Shown here: positions 32,110 through 44,920 of the stretch, piece by piece
Position numbering within the stretch: position 1 is the stretch's first letter
Layout of the letters: each line of letters starts with the position of its first letter
Assembly: GCF_009914755.1 (NCBI RefSeq)
Contig: NC_060928.1
DNA from: the human T2T-CHM13v2.0 reference genome, Homo sapiens
Reading direction: 5' to 3' (one strand)
Length of the DNA stretch: 64,000 nucleotides
Program-made: the position numbers and the translations under genes
Notes under the pieces: generated by a model
Told to the model about the DNA's origin: nothing
What the model saw: the letters and a program-made list of their open reading frames with translations, nothing else
Database searches by the model: none

Positions 32110-35100
32110 TCAAAACTTTTATTTTTTATTTTTCATTTTTTAATTTTTGTGAGTCCATAGTACGTAAATATATTTATGCATTACATGAGATATTTTGATA
32201 TAAGCATGCAATGCATAATAATAATTCCATCCAGGTTAATGGGAGTCCATCATCTCAAGCATTTATCCTTTGTGTTACAAAAAATCTAATTATACACTTC
32301 TAGTTATTTTAAAATGTACAATTACATTACTTTTGATTATAATCACCCTGTGCACCAGCAAATACTAGGTCTTATTCATTCTTTTGAACTATTTTTTTGT
32401 ACCAATTAACCATTCCCAATTCTCAACACACACCCCACCCCCACTACCCTTCCCAGCCTCTGGTAACAATCCTTGTACTCTCTATATCCATGAGTTCAAT
32501 TTATTTTAATTTTTATCACCCACAAATAAGTGAGAACACACAAAGTCTGTCTTTTTGTGCTTGACTTATTTTATTGAAAATAATGTCCTCCAGTTCCATC
32601 TGTGTTGTCGCAAATGACAGAATGTCATTCTTCTTTATGGTCTTTTGTGGTTGCATATAACAACCAATTCTAAACAATTTTAGAATTGTTTCTTCTATTT
32701 CTGTGAAGAATGCCATCAGCATTTTAATAGGGATTGCATTAAATCTGTAGATTGTTTTGCGTTGCATGGACATCTTAACAATATTAATTTTTTCAACCCA
32801 TGAACATGGAATCTCTTTCCTTTTTTTGTATCCTCTTCAATTTCTTGTATTAATGTTTCATAGTTTTCACTGTAGAGGTCTTTCACTTCTTTGGTTAATT
32901 CCTAAGTATTTTGTTTTATTTGTAGCTATTGTAAGTGGGATTACTTTCCTGGTTTCTTCTTCAGATTGTTTGTGGTTAGCATATAAAAATGCTTCTGATT
33001 TTTATATATGTTGCTTTTTACCCTGCAACTTTGCTGAATTTATCACTTCTAATACTGTTTTTTATGGAGTCTTTAGGTTTTTCCAAATAAAAGATCATGT
33101 CATCTTCAAACAAGGATAATTTGACTTCTTTCTTTCTAATCTAGATGCCCTTTATTTTTCTCTTTGTCTAATTGCTCTGGCTAGTACTTCCAGTAGTGTG
33201 ATGAATAACAGTAGTTAAAGTGGGCCATGCTTGTTACATTCTTGATCTTAGAGGAAAGGCTTTCAGTTTTTCCCCATTCAACATCATGCTCATTATGGTC
33301 CGTCATGTATGGTTTTTATTGTCCTGAGGTATGTTCCTTCTAAACCCAGTTTTGTGAGGGTTTTTTAATCATAAAAAGATGTTAAATTTTATCAAATGTG
33401 TTTCCAGTATCAATTGAAATGTTCATATGGTTTTTGTACCTTATTCTATTGATATGACATAACACATTAATTGATTTGCATATATTGAACCATCGTTACA
33501 TTCCAGGGATAAATCCCACTTGGTCATGATGAATGATCTTTTCAATGTGTTGTTAAATTTGGTTTGCTAAATTTTTTTTGAGAATTTTTGCATCAACATT
33601 CATCTGTAATATTGGCCTACAGTTTTCTTTTTTTGATTTGTGTTTATCTGGTTTTGGTATCAGGGTAATACTGGCCTCATAGAATAAGTTTGGAAATCTT
33701 CCCTCCACTATTTTTCAGAATAGTCTGAATAGAATTGGTACACGTTCTCTTTAAATGTTTGATAGAATTAAGACGTGAGGCCACTGGGTCCTGTCATTTC
33801 TTTGCTGGTAGAATTTTTATTATGGCTTCACTCTCATTACTTGTTGTTGATCTATTCAGATTTTGGACTTCATCATGGTTCAATCTTGGTAGGTTGTATG
33901 TATCTAGGCATTTGTCCACCTCTTCTAGATTTTCCAATTTATTGGCATATAGTTGCTCGCAGCAGCTGCTAATCCTTTGAATTTCTGCAATAACAGTAGT
34001 AATGTCTCCTTTTAAATCTCTGTTTATTTGGATCTTCTCGTTTTTTGGTTAGTCTGGCTAAACATTTGTTAATTTTGTTTAACTTTTCAAAAAAACCAAC
34101 TCTTTGTTTCATTGATCTTCTGTACTGTTTTCTTCATTTCAAATTAATTTATTTTTGCTCTTTTCCTTATTCTTTTCTTCTAGTAATTTTGGGTTTGGTT
34201 TGCTCATTTTACTAATTCTTTAAGATGCATCATTAGGTTATTTATTTGATGTTTTTCTTCTTTTTTGATGTAGGCACTTATAGCTATTAACTTCCCTCAG
34301 TACTGTTTTTGCTGTACTTCATAGGTTTTATGTTGTGTCGCCATTATAATTCATTTCCAAATAATTTTCAATTTCCTTCTTGATTTCTTCATTGACCTAC
34401 TAGTCATTGAAGAGCATGCTGTTTAATTTCCATGTGTTTGCATAAATTTCTCTTGTAATTGATTTCTAGTTTTATTCCATGTGGTCAGAGAACATGCTTG
34501 ATATTATTTCGATTTTCTGAATGTTTTAAGATTTGCTTTGTCTTAAACATATGGTCTATCTCTGGATAGAGAACATATGGTCTATCTCAGAATAATCCAT
34601 GTGATGAGGAAATTAATATGTATTCTGTGGCTGTTGAATGAAATGTTCTGTAAATTTGGTCCATTTGGTCTATAATGCAGGTTAAGTTCAATGCTTCTTT
34701 GATGATTTTCTGTCTGGAAGATGTATCCAGTGCTGAAACAAGAGTGTTGAAGTCTCCAGGTTTTATTGTATGGGTTCCATCTCTCTCTTTAGTGCTAATA
34801 AGTTGGGTACTCCAGTACTGAATTCATATATGTTTACACTGCTTATATATCCTCTTGCTGAACTGACCCATTTACCATTATATAATGACTTTCTTCGTCT
34901 CTTCTTAGAGTTTTTTTTTTCCTTGAATTCTATTTTGTCTGATGTAAATATAGCTACTCCAGCTCTTTTTTGGTTTCCATTGGCATGCAATATCTTTTTC
35001 CATCCCCTTATTTTTAGTCAACATGTGTCTTTATAGGTGAAGTGTGTTTCTTGTAGGTAACAAACAGATCATTAGGTCTTGCTTTTTTAATCCATTCAAC

Positions 35101-38100
35101 CATTCTATATCTTTTCATTAAGGAGTTTATTCCATTTACTTTCAGTATTATTGATAAGAACTTACCCCTGCCATTTTGTTATTTGATTTCTGGTTGTTTT
35201 GAGATATTCTCTTCCTTCTTTCCTTCCTTCCTGTCTTCCTTTTAGTGAAGGGGATTTTCTATTGTGATATGATTTAATTTCTTTTTATTTTTTATGTATC
35301 TGTGGTGTGTTTTTTGATTTGACGTTACCATGAGGCTTTCAAATAATATATTATAATCCATTATTTTAAGCTGATAATATTAACACTGTTTGCATAGAAC
35401 AAATGAACAAGCAAAAAGAAAATTAAAACTCTACACTTAGTTCCCCTACTTTTTAGCTTTTTGTTTTTCCTGTTTATATCTTAAAGTACTGTCAATGTCT
35501 TGAAATGTTGTTGTAGTTATTATTTGACATGATTTGGACATGTCTCTCCACCCAAATCTCATGTCAAATTGTAATTCTCAATATTGGATGTGGGGCCTGG
35601 TGAGAGGTGATTGGATCATGGGAGTCATTTCTCATGGCTTAACACCACCGTCCTTGGTGTTGTCGTCGCAATAGTGAGTTCTTGTGTAAAGTATGTAGCA
35701 TCTCCCCCCTCTCTTATTCCTGTTTCTGCCACGTAAGATGCCTGCTATCACTTTGCCTTCTGCCATGAGAAAAATTTCCTTGAGGCCTCCGCAAAGGCAG
35801 ACAGGTGCTGCCTTGCTTCCTGTACAGTGGAACTGTGAGTCAATTAAATTTCTTTTCTTTATAAATTACCCAGTCTCAGGTATTTTATTACAGTTATAGC
35901 AGTTTGAGAATGGGCAAATACATTATTTGTGATTGGGTCATCATTTTGTCTTCCTAGTTAGTATAAGAGTAGTTTACACACCAGAGTCACAGTGTGATAA
36001 TATTCTGTGTTTTTCTGTGTACTATTACTAGTGAGTTTTTTTTTTTAACCCTCAGATAATCTATTACTCATTAAAAGTCTTTTCTTTTTGTTTGAAGTAC
36101 TGCCTTTAGCACTTGTAGGATAGGTCTGGTATTGATGAAATCCTTCACTTTTTGTTTGTCTGGGAAGTTTTATTTCTCATTCATGTTTTAATGACATTTT
36201 TGGAGGATACACTATTCTAGGGTAAAATTTTTTTTTTTTTCAGCACTTTAAATATGTCATGCCACTCTCTCATGACCTGTGAGGTTTCCACTGAAAAGTC
36301 TGCTGCCGGACATATAAGAGTTCCATTGTATGTTATTTGTTTCTTTTATCCTTTTAGGATCCTTTCTTTATCTTTGACCTTTCAGAGTTTAATTATTAAA
36401 TGCCTTGAGGTAGTCTTCTTTGAATCAAATGTGCTAGATGTTCTATAATCTTCTTGTACTTGAATATTGATATCTTTCTCTACATTTGGGAAGTTCTCTG
36501 TAATAATTATCACTCATTAACATCCTTTTTATTCAAAGGGGTAATAACTTTCTATCCCTATCTGTGTTTCTCTCTCCTCTTTAAGTCCAGTAACTCTTAG
36601 ATTTGACCTTTTGAAGCTATTTCCTAGACCCTATAGGTATGCTTCATTGTTTTTTATTCTTTTCTCTTTTGTCTCCTCTGACTGTGTATTTTCAAACGGC
36701 CTGTCTTCAAGCTCACTAACTCCTTCTGCTTGATACATTCTATTAGAGGACTGTGATGCATTCTTCAGTATGCCAATTGCACTTTTTCAAGTATAGAATT
36801 CCTGCTTGTTTCTCTTTAATTATTTCAATCTCTTATGAAATTTATCTGGTAGAATTCTGAATTCCTTCTCTGTGTCATCTTGAATTTCTTTGAGTTTCCT
36901 AAAACAGCTAGTTTGAATTTCGAGTCTAAAAGGTCACATATCTCCGTTTCTCCAGGATTGGTCCCTGGTGGCTTATTTAGTTCATTTAGTGAGGTCATGC
37001 TTTCCTGGATGATCTTAATGTGTGTGGATGTTCATCTGTGTCTGGACATTGAAGAGTTAGGTATTTATTGTAGTCTTCACAGTCTGGGCTAATTTGAACC
37101 TGTATTTCCTGCAAGGCTTTTCAGGTACTCAGAAGACTTGAGTGTTGTGATCTAAGCTATATCTGTATTAACGGACACCCCAAACCCAGTAACACTATTG
37201 TTCTTGCAGACTTGTAGAGGTACTGCGTTCATGGTCTTAGATAAGATCCAGAATTCTCTGCAGAGACTGTTGTTCTTTCCCCTTACTTTCTCCTAAAAAA
37301 AAATAGAGCCTCTTTCTCTCTATTCTGAGCCACCTAGAGCTTGGGGTGGTGTGACACAAGCATCTTTGTGGCCACCACCACTGGTACCACACTGAATCAG
37401 ACTGAAAGCCAGCATAGCACTGGGTCTCGCCCAAGGCTTGCTGTCATAACTACTATCATGGCTACTGCCTGTGTTCACTCAAGGTCCTGGGACTGTACAA
37501 TCATTAGGTGGTAAAGCCAGCCAGGGTTTTTCCTTCCCTTCAGGGCAGAAGTTCCTCCAGGCAGGTCCAGAGGTGCCATCTGCGAGCCAGGGACTTATGT
37601 CAAAAACCTTAGAAGTGTGCCTAGTGTTCTATTGTACTGTGGCTAAGCTGGCACTCAAATCATGAGACACAGTATTTCCCATTCTTCCCTCTGCTTTCCA
37701 TAGGCAGAAGGGCCTCACCCTATGACCACCATCACAAACCCATGGAGAGTATTGCTAGGCTACTGCTGATGTTCTCTTAAGGCCCAGGAGCTCTTCATCG
37801 AGCTTGTGGTGAATGCTGCCTGGCCTGGGACTCACTCTTCAGTGTAGTTTCCCTTTGGCCCACGGCAGGTCCAGAAATGCTGTCCAAGAGCCAAGTCCTG
37901 GAATTGGGGGCCACAAGAGCCTGCTTGGTACTCTACTTCCCTGTGGCTGAGTTGGTACCTAAGGTGTAAGACAAAGCTCCCTTACTTTTCCCTCTAATGT
38001 TCTCAATCATAGTCTCTCCCCATAGCCATCATAGCTAGTAATGTGCTGAGTTTCACCTGAAGCCAGCAAGTCTCAGAGTGGCATACTACCTGGGTATTTC

Positions 38101-38966
38101 TACTGGTTATTCAGGGCCCAAGGGCACTTTATTCAGTAGTTGATGGGTCCTGCCAGGACTGAGTCCTTCCCTTCAAGGCAGCAGGTTCCCTTCTGGCCCA
38201 GGGTGTGTCTAGAAATGTCTGGGAGCTAGGTCCTGGAAAGGGGGATTCATGACTCTGACTGGTATTCTATCCTACTGTGGATGAGCTGGTTTCCAAGATG
38301 TAAGACAGAGACCTCTTTATTCTTCTCCCTCCTCTCCTTAAGTGGAAAGAAGGTGTCTTTTTTGGAGCCCCATGCTGTGCAGCCTGGGTTTGGGGTAGGG
38401 GTGGTGCAAGTACTCTCTTAGCCACTCTGGCTGTGTCTCAACAGGTTACGTGCCTCCTTAGTCCACTCACTTTAATCTAAGTTAAGCACTAGGACTCCCC
38501 AAGAGTTGCAGTCCTTGTGGCCTACACTGCCTTTGAAGTTTATTTAGAGCCCCAGAACACTTTAGCCCAGGGTGATAAGGCTTGCCAGAACTGAAGTTTG
38601 GACCACTGGGATGGGCAATTCCCCTCTGGCTAGAGTTGGTTTAAATATCTTCTCTGAGGGTGGGCATTAGCTAAGTGCAGCCTGGTTTTGCATTCTGCTG
38701 TAACAGGATATCACTGAGTTCAATGCAATGTCACAATTCCTGCTGGGGGGTGGGCAAGGGGTGGTATTGGTGATTCAAGACTGTTTCTACCCTCCTCAGT
38801 GCCTTTTTCAGTGACATGAAGTTAAAACCAGGTACTGTGAGTGCTCATCTAGTTTTTGGTTCTTATGAAGGTGCTTTGCTTGTGTAGACAGTTGTTAAAT
38901 TGGTGTCTGTGCAGAAGACATGCTCGGTGAAGACTTCAATTTGGCCATCTTACTTTGCCCCCTCCC
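32110..38966 (-). mobile_element. Old 5'-complete L1 (L1MA2/3-like) with an internal deletion, same sense as TBCK
   Basis: 3' end near 32110, ORF2 relics (HANGNQKRAGVAI near 34990), a long 5' region, and a terminus reading GGGAGGGGGCAAAGTAAGATGGCCAA on the minus strand. Confidence 0.87.
35525..35922 (+). mobile_element. MSTA-like MaLR solo LTR inside the L1
   Basis: TGACATGATTTGG...GGGCAAATACA with a 5-bp TSD TTATT. Confidence 0.88.
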
Positions 38967-39348
38967 TATCATTTCATTTAAGAATCTATGATACAGTTCT
39001 TGATCTTTAGGAATTTATGTTAAAAGAGAAGATGAAGGCAGACATAGAGGCCTTAAAGCAGAAGTATGTATAGGGTATACCTAAAACTGAACGAAATCTA
39101 ATTTCTGTGCTACAGCATAGAAAAATTAGAGGGAACAATACTGACAGAAAATCTTGGTAAAGTTGTCAAGGGAAATATTACATTGGGACTTTTAGACCAT
39201 GTTAGAAGTTTGAATTTTATTGTCAGTATAATAATAAGAGTCTTGGTAAACATTTTGATTAAAAAAGATTATGGTAGCTGAAGTCTGAAAAATGGATTAA
39301 AGATAAATGAGAATGGATGCAGAGAGACCAGTCAGAAAATTGTACAAC

Positions 39349-39506
39349 AGGCCGGGCGTGGTGGCTCATGCCCATAATCCCAGCACTTTGGGAGGTTGTG
39401 GATCACCTGAGGTCAGGAGTTCGAGACCAGCCTGGCCAACATGGTAAAACCCTGCTTCTACTAAAAATACAAAATTAGCCGGGTGTGGTAGCACATGCCT
39501 GTAATC
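39349..39506 (+). mobile_element. 3'-truncated AluS (left arm plus start of right arm) within L2 remnants
   Basis: Ends abruptly at GCCTGTAATC with no tail or TSD. Confidence 0.9.
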
Positions 39507-39619
39507 ATGGTGAACATGAGTAAAATATTGTCAGCAGAATTGGAGAGAAGTATACAGATTAATAAACAAAAGTTTTTGATTGACTAAATTTGGAAGGTAA
39601 GGCAGGAGTCAAAAATGAA

Positions 39620-42312
39620 GCTACTAACCTAAATGAAGTAGTTAAGTTCTTAGAAACACAAAGCTTACCAAGACTAAAATCAGAAAGAGTTAAAAAATCT
39701 AACTAGATCTAGTACTAGCAGGGAAATTGAATCAGTAATAAAAAATCTCCTAAGAAAGAAAAGTCCTAGATCTGATGGCTTAACTGGTGAATTCTACCAA
39801 ATATCTAAAGAACACAAATCCTTCTCAAACTTTTCTAAAAAGCTGAAGAGGGTGGAATACTTCCTAACTCATTGTGTAAGCCCAGCATTACCCTGATTCC
39901 AAAGCCATACAAAGACACTGCAAAAACGGAATACTAAAGACAAATGTCCCTTAAGAATATTGAAACAACAATCTTCAACAAAATAGTAGCAAACTGAATT
40001 CAAAAGCATATTAAAATTATACAGCATGATCAATTGGGATTTATTCCTAGAATGCAAGGATGTTTCGCCACAGGAAAATCAATCCATATGATACATTACA
40101 TTAACAGAATGGAGAGAAAAAAAAAAAACAACCACATGATCATCTAAATTGATACCAAAAAAAGAACAAAATCAAACTGTTTCATGATAAAAACATTTAA
40201 TAACTAGGAATAGAAGGAAACTTCCTCAACACAATAAAAGTCATATATGAAAAACCCACAGAAAACATGCTCAATGGTGAAAGGCTGAGAGCTTTTCCTC
40301 TGACATAATGAATAAACAAGGATGCCTGCTTTTGGGATGTATTTTCAACATAGTACTGGAAGTCCTAGCTGGAGAAATTAGGCAAGAAAAAGAAAAGCCA
40401 TCCACTGAAAAGTAAGAAGTAAATAATCTGTTTGCAGATGATGTGATCTTATATCTAAAAAATACCCTAAACATTACACAAAACACTGTTAGAACTAATA
40501 ATGGAATTCAACAAAGTAGCAGGATACAGAAAAAAATAGACAAAAATCAGTTGTATTTCTATATACTAACAATGAACAATCAGAAAAGGAATTAATGAAG
40601 ACAATTTGATTTACAATAGCATCAAAAGGAATAAAATACTTAGGAATTAACCAGGGAGGTGAAAGACTTGTGCAATGAAAACAACAAAAGAATGCTGAAA
40701 GAAATTTAGAAAGACATAAATAAATGAAAACACAAGCCACGTTTATGGATTGAAAGATATAATATTGTTAAGATATCAATATTACTCAAAGCCACCTACA
40801 GATTCAACACATTCTTATCAAAGTATCAATGATGTTTTTAGCAGAAATAGAAAGACCTATCCCAAAATTCATATGGAATCTCAAGAGACCTAAAATAGAC
40901 AAAACAATCTTGAAAAGAAAGAACAAAGCCAGAAGACTCAGACTTCCTGATTGCAAAATTTATTTCAAAACTATTGTAATAAAACAGTATGATACTGGCA
41001 TAAAGGCAGACAGACATATAGACCAACAGACTAGAGCTAGAAATAAACCCTCCTATATATGGTCAAATAAGTTCTGAGAAGGGTAGCTAAGACCATTCAG
41101 TGGGGTAAAGAACAGTCTTTTCAGCAGATGTTTCTGGAAAAACTGTATATCTCCATGCAAAAGAATGAAGCTGAACTCTCACCTAATAACATATACAAAA
41201 ATTAAATCAAAATAAATCAAAGACTTAAATGTATGGCCAAAAACTTTAAGACTCTTAGAAGAAAACATAGGGCAAAAGCTTCATGATACTGGAGTTGGCA
41301 CTTGATTTCTAGGAGATGACACCAAAGCCCTAGGTGACAGAGAAAAAACAGTCAAATTGAACTTTGTGAAATAAAATATTTTGTGCATCAAAAGACACTC
41401 AACAGAGTAAAATGGCAACCTACAGAATGAAATATTTGCAAATCATATATTTAATATGAGAATAATATTGAGAATATATAGAGAACTCCTAAAACTCAAC
41501 AAAAAAAGAAACAACTCAAAAGACCTTGAATAGGGCATTTCTCCAGAGAAGATATACAAATGGCTAAGAAGTACATGAAAAGATGCTCACTATCACTAAT
41601 CATCAGGGAAATATAAATCAAAACTACAATGAGATTCCACTGCACATTTATTATTCAAAAAAAAGAAGAAAAAAAGAAAAAAAATCAAAATAGAAAAGTG
41701 TTCGCAAGTTTGAGAAGAAACTGAAACCAACCCTTGCACACTGTTGGTAAAAATGTAAACTGATACAGCTGCTGTAGAAAACAGTATGGCAGTTCCTCAA
41801 AAAACTAAAGATAGATAACATATGATCCTGAAATTCCACTTTTGGATATATGCCAAAAGGAACTGAAACCAGAATCTTGAAGAGATATTTATACACCCAT
41901 GTTCATAGCAGCATTGTTTACAATCGCTAAAATGTGGGAGTAACCCAAGTGTCTACTGATGAATGAATGGATAAACAAAATGTGGTATATATACAAAATA
42001 GGTATTATTTAGCCTTAAGAAGAAAAAAAAAATCTGACCAAAACTATATGATTCCAACTCTATGAGGTACTTAGAGTAGTCAAAATCATAGAGACAGAAG
42101 TAGAATTGTGGTTGTGGAGAGGAGGGGAGAATAAGGAATTACAATGGAATGGGTACAGAGGTGCAGTTTTACAAGATGAAAAGAGTTATGGAGATAGATG
42201 GTGGTGATGGTTGCACAACATTATGAATGTATTTAATACCACTAACTGTACACTTAAAATGGTTAAGGTGGTAAATTTTACGTTGTGTGTATTTTTATCA
42301 CAATAAAAAAAT
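39620..42312 (+). mobile_element. 5'-truncated L1MB-type element
   Basis: Decayed ORF2 (ctgtttgcagatgatgtg = LFADD) and an L1MB 3' end ...cacttaaaatggttaaggtggtaaatttt...cacaataaaaaa. Confidence 0.85.
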
Positions 42313-42777
42313 TAGAAAAGATCCCTACAAATACAAATAAATGCATATATATTTAACTTAAAAGGGTTTGTACATATTCAGAAACCTATATAAACTATAT
42401 TAGAGCAACCAGTATTAGAATTCACGGAGAACAAGCTAAAAACACAAAGGCTCAGGGCCTATCTTTTAAACAAGAGGGGCCTCATTTTTTCTTAGCTTTC
42501 CTGGAGAGGATAATATACATCAACATTTGCAAACCACTGTTTTATAAATGATTGTGCAGAGAGACCAAGGAGTGAGGGTCAGGGCAGAAAGAAAGAAGTA
42601 AAAGGAAATAGGAGAAAGTGTCTGACCCAGTCCAATAATTGTAATGTGTTGTAAACTAAGGAGACATTATTAGCTCAGCTATTTGCATTTGAGATATACA
42701 AATAATATTAAGTATTACTACCATGATAACATTTCTGTACCAAGGAATGGTTTGCAGCTTGTTAACCAGAATTAGGT

Positions 42778-42782
<5 letters not shown>

Positions 42783-42818
<36 letters not shown>

Positions 42819-42822
42819 TATG
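42783..42822. repeat. (TG)n microsatellite
   Basis: About 14 perfect TG units, then degenerate. Confidence 0.95.
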
Positions 42823-42975
42823 TAAGAAGACTTTCAAGACATATTGCTAAGCAAAAAAAGAGAGAAGTTTGGGCTGGAGCTAATAACCGGAAGCCATGGT
42901 AACTGTAGGATGCAAGTATGAAACATGAAACAACACAAATGCTATGATTCCATTTATTTAAAAGTTAGATTACAT

Positions 42976-44920
42976 GTTTCCATCCCAGCCACTCCCAAAT
43001 CTCATGTCCTCACATTTCAAACCACAGTTATGCCTTTTCTACAGTCTCCCAAAGCCTTATTTCAGGGTTAACTCAAAAGTCCACAGTCCAAAGTCTCATC
43101 TGAGACAAAGCAGTCTCTTCTACCTACGAGACTGTAAAATCAAAAGCAAGTTAGTTACTTCCTAGATACAATGGGGGTACAGGCAATAGAAAAATATACC
43201 CATTCCAATTGGGAGAAATTGGCCAAAACAACAGGGCTACAGGCCTCATGCAAGTCCAAAATTCAGCAGGGCAGCCAGATCTTAAAGCTCCAAAATGATC
43301 TCCCTTGACTTCATGTCACACATCCAGGTCATGCTGATGCAAGAGATGGGCACCCATGGCCTTGGGCAGCCCCGCCTCTGTGGCTTTGCAAGATATAGCC
43401 CCACTTTCCACTGCTTTCATAGGATGGTGTTGACTGTCTGCAGCTTTTCCAGATGCATAGTGCAAGCTGTTGGTGGATCTACCATTCTGGGGTCTGGAGG
43501 ATGGTGGCCCTCTTCTCACTGCTCCACTAGGCAGTGCCCCAGTGGGGACTCTGTGTGGGAGTTCTGACCCAACATTTCCCTTCTGCACTGCCTTAGCAGA
43601 GGTTCTCTGTTAGGGCTCTGCCTCTCCAGCAAAATTCTGCCTGGATATCCAGGCATTTCCATACATCCTCCGAAATCTAGGTGGAGGTTCTCAAACCTCG
43701 ATTTTTGACTTCTATGCACCAACAGGCCAAACACCATGTGGGAAACTGCAAGGCTTAGGGTTTACACCCTTAGAAGCAAGGGTCTGAGCTGTGCCTTGGC
43801 CTCTTTCAGCCACAGCTGAAGCTGAAGTCACTGGGACACAGGCGAACATGTTCTGACACTGCACAGAATAGCAGCAGCCTAGGAAACCATTTTTCTGTCC
43901 TAGGTCTCCAGGCCTATGATGGGAGAGGCTGCTGTGAAGGTCTCTGACATGCCCTGGAGACATTTTCCCCATTGCTTTGGTGATTAGCATTTGGCTCCTC
44001 ATTACTTATGCAAATGTCTGCAGCTGGCTTGAATTTCTCCCCAGGAAATGGGTTTTTCTTTTCTTCACATTATCAGGCTGCAAATTTTCCAAACTTTTAT
44101 GGTCTGCTTCCTCTTGGACACTTTGCCACTTGGAAATTTCTTCTGCCAGATACCCTAAATCATCTCTCTCAAGTTCAAAGTTCCACATATTTCCAGGGCA
44201 GGGGCAAAATGCTGCCAGTTTCTTTGCTAAAGCATAGCAAGCGTGACCTTTACTCCAGTTCCCAAAAAGTTCCTCATCTCCATCTGAGACCATCTCAGCC
44301 TGGACTTCATCATCCATATCACTATCAGCATTTTGGTCAAAGCCATTCAATAAGTCTCTAGGGAGTTCCAAATTTTCCCACATCTGCCTGTCTTCTGAGT
44401 ATTCCAAGTCTCTAGGAAGCTCCAAATTTTCCCACATTTTCATGTCTTCTTCTGAGCCCTCCAAACTGTTCCAACCTCAGCCTGTTATCCAGTTCCAAAA
44501 TCACTTCCACATTTTCGGTATCCTTATAGCAGCACCCAACTGTACCAGTACCTATTTAATATATTAGTTTGTTCTCATACTGCTCATAAAGACATACCCC
44601 AAACTGGGTAATTTATAAAGGAAAGAGGTTTCACAGTTCAGCAATGCTTGGCAGGCTTCAGGAAACTTACAATCATGGTAGAATGGGAAGCAAACATGTC
44701 CTTCTTTACTTGGTGGCAAGAAAGAGAATGAGAGCCAAGCAAAGGAGAAAGTCCATTAGAAAATCAACAGATCTTATGAGAACTCACTCACTATTATGAG
44801 AACAGTATAGGGGAAATTGCCCCTATTATTCAATTACTCCACCTGGTCCTGTCCTTGACACATGGGAATTACTACAATTCAAGATCAGACTTTGGGTGGG
44901 AACACAGTCAAACCATATCA
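42976..44920 (-). mobile_element. THE1 (C/D-type) element: 5' LTR plus internal region, 3' LTR absent
   Basis: LTR about 44560-44920 (ends AAACCATATCA on +). The internal region runs to its polypurine end near 42976 with no second LTR. Confidence 0.9.

Noticed and set aside
44006-44464. 152-aa ORF in the THE1 internal region
   Set aside because: It is a relic of the MaLR internal ORF with no true ATG start and is broken downstream.
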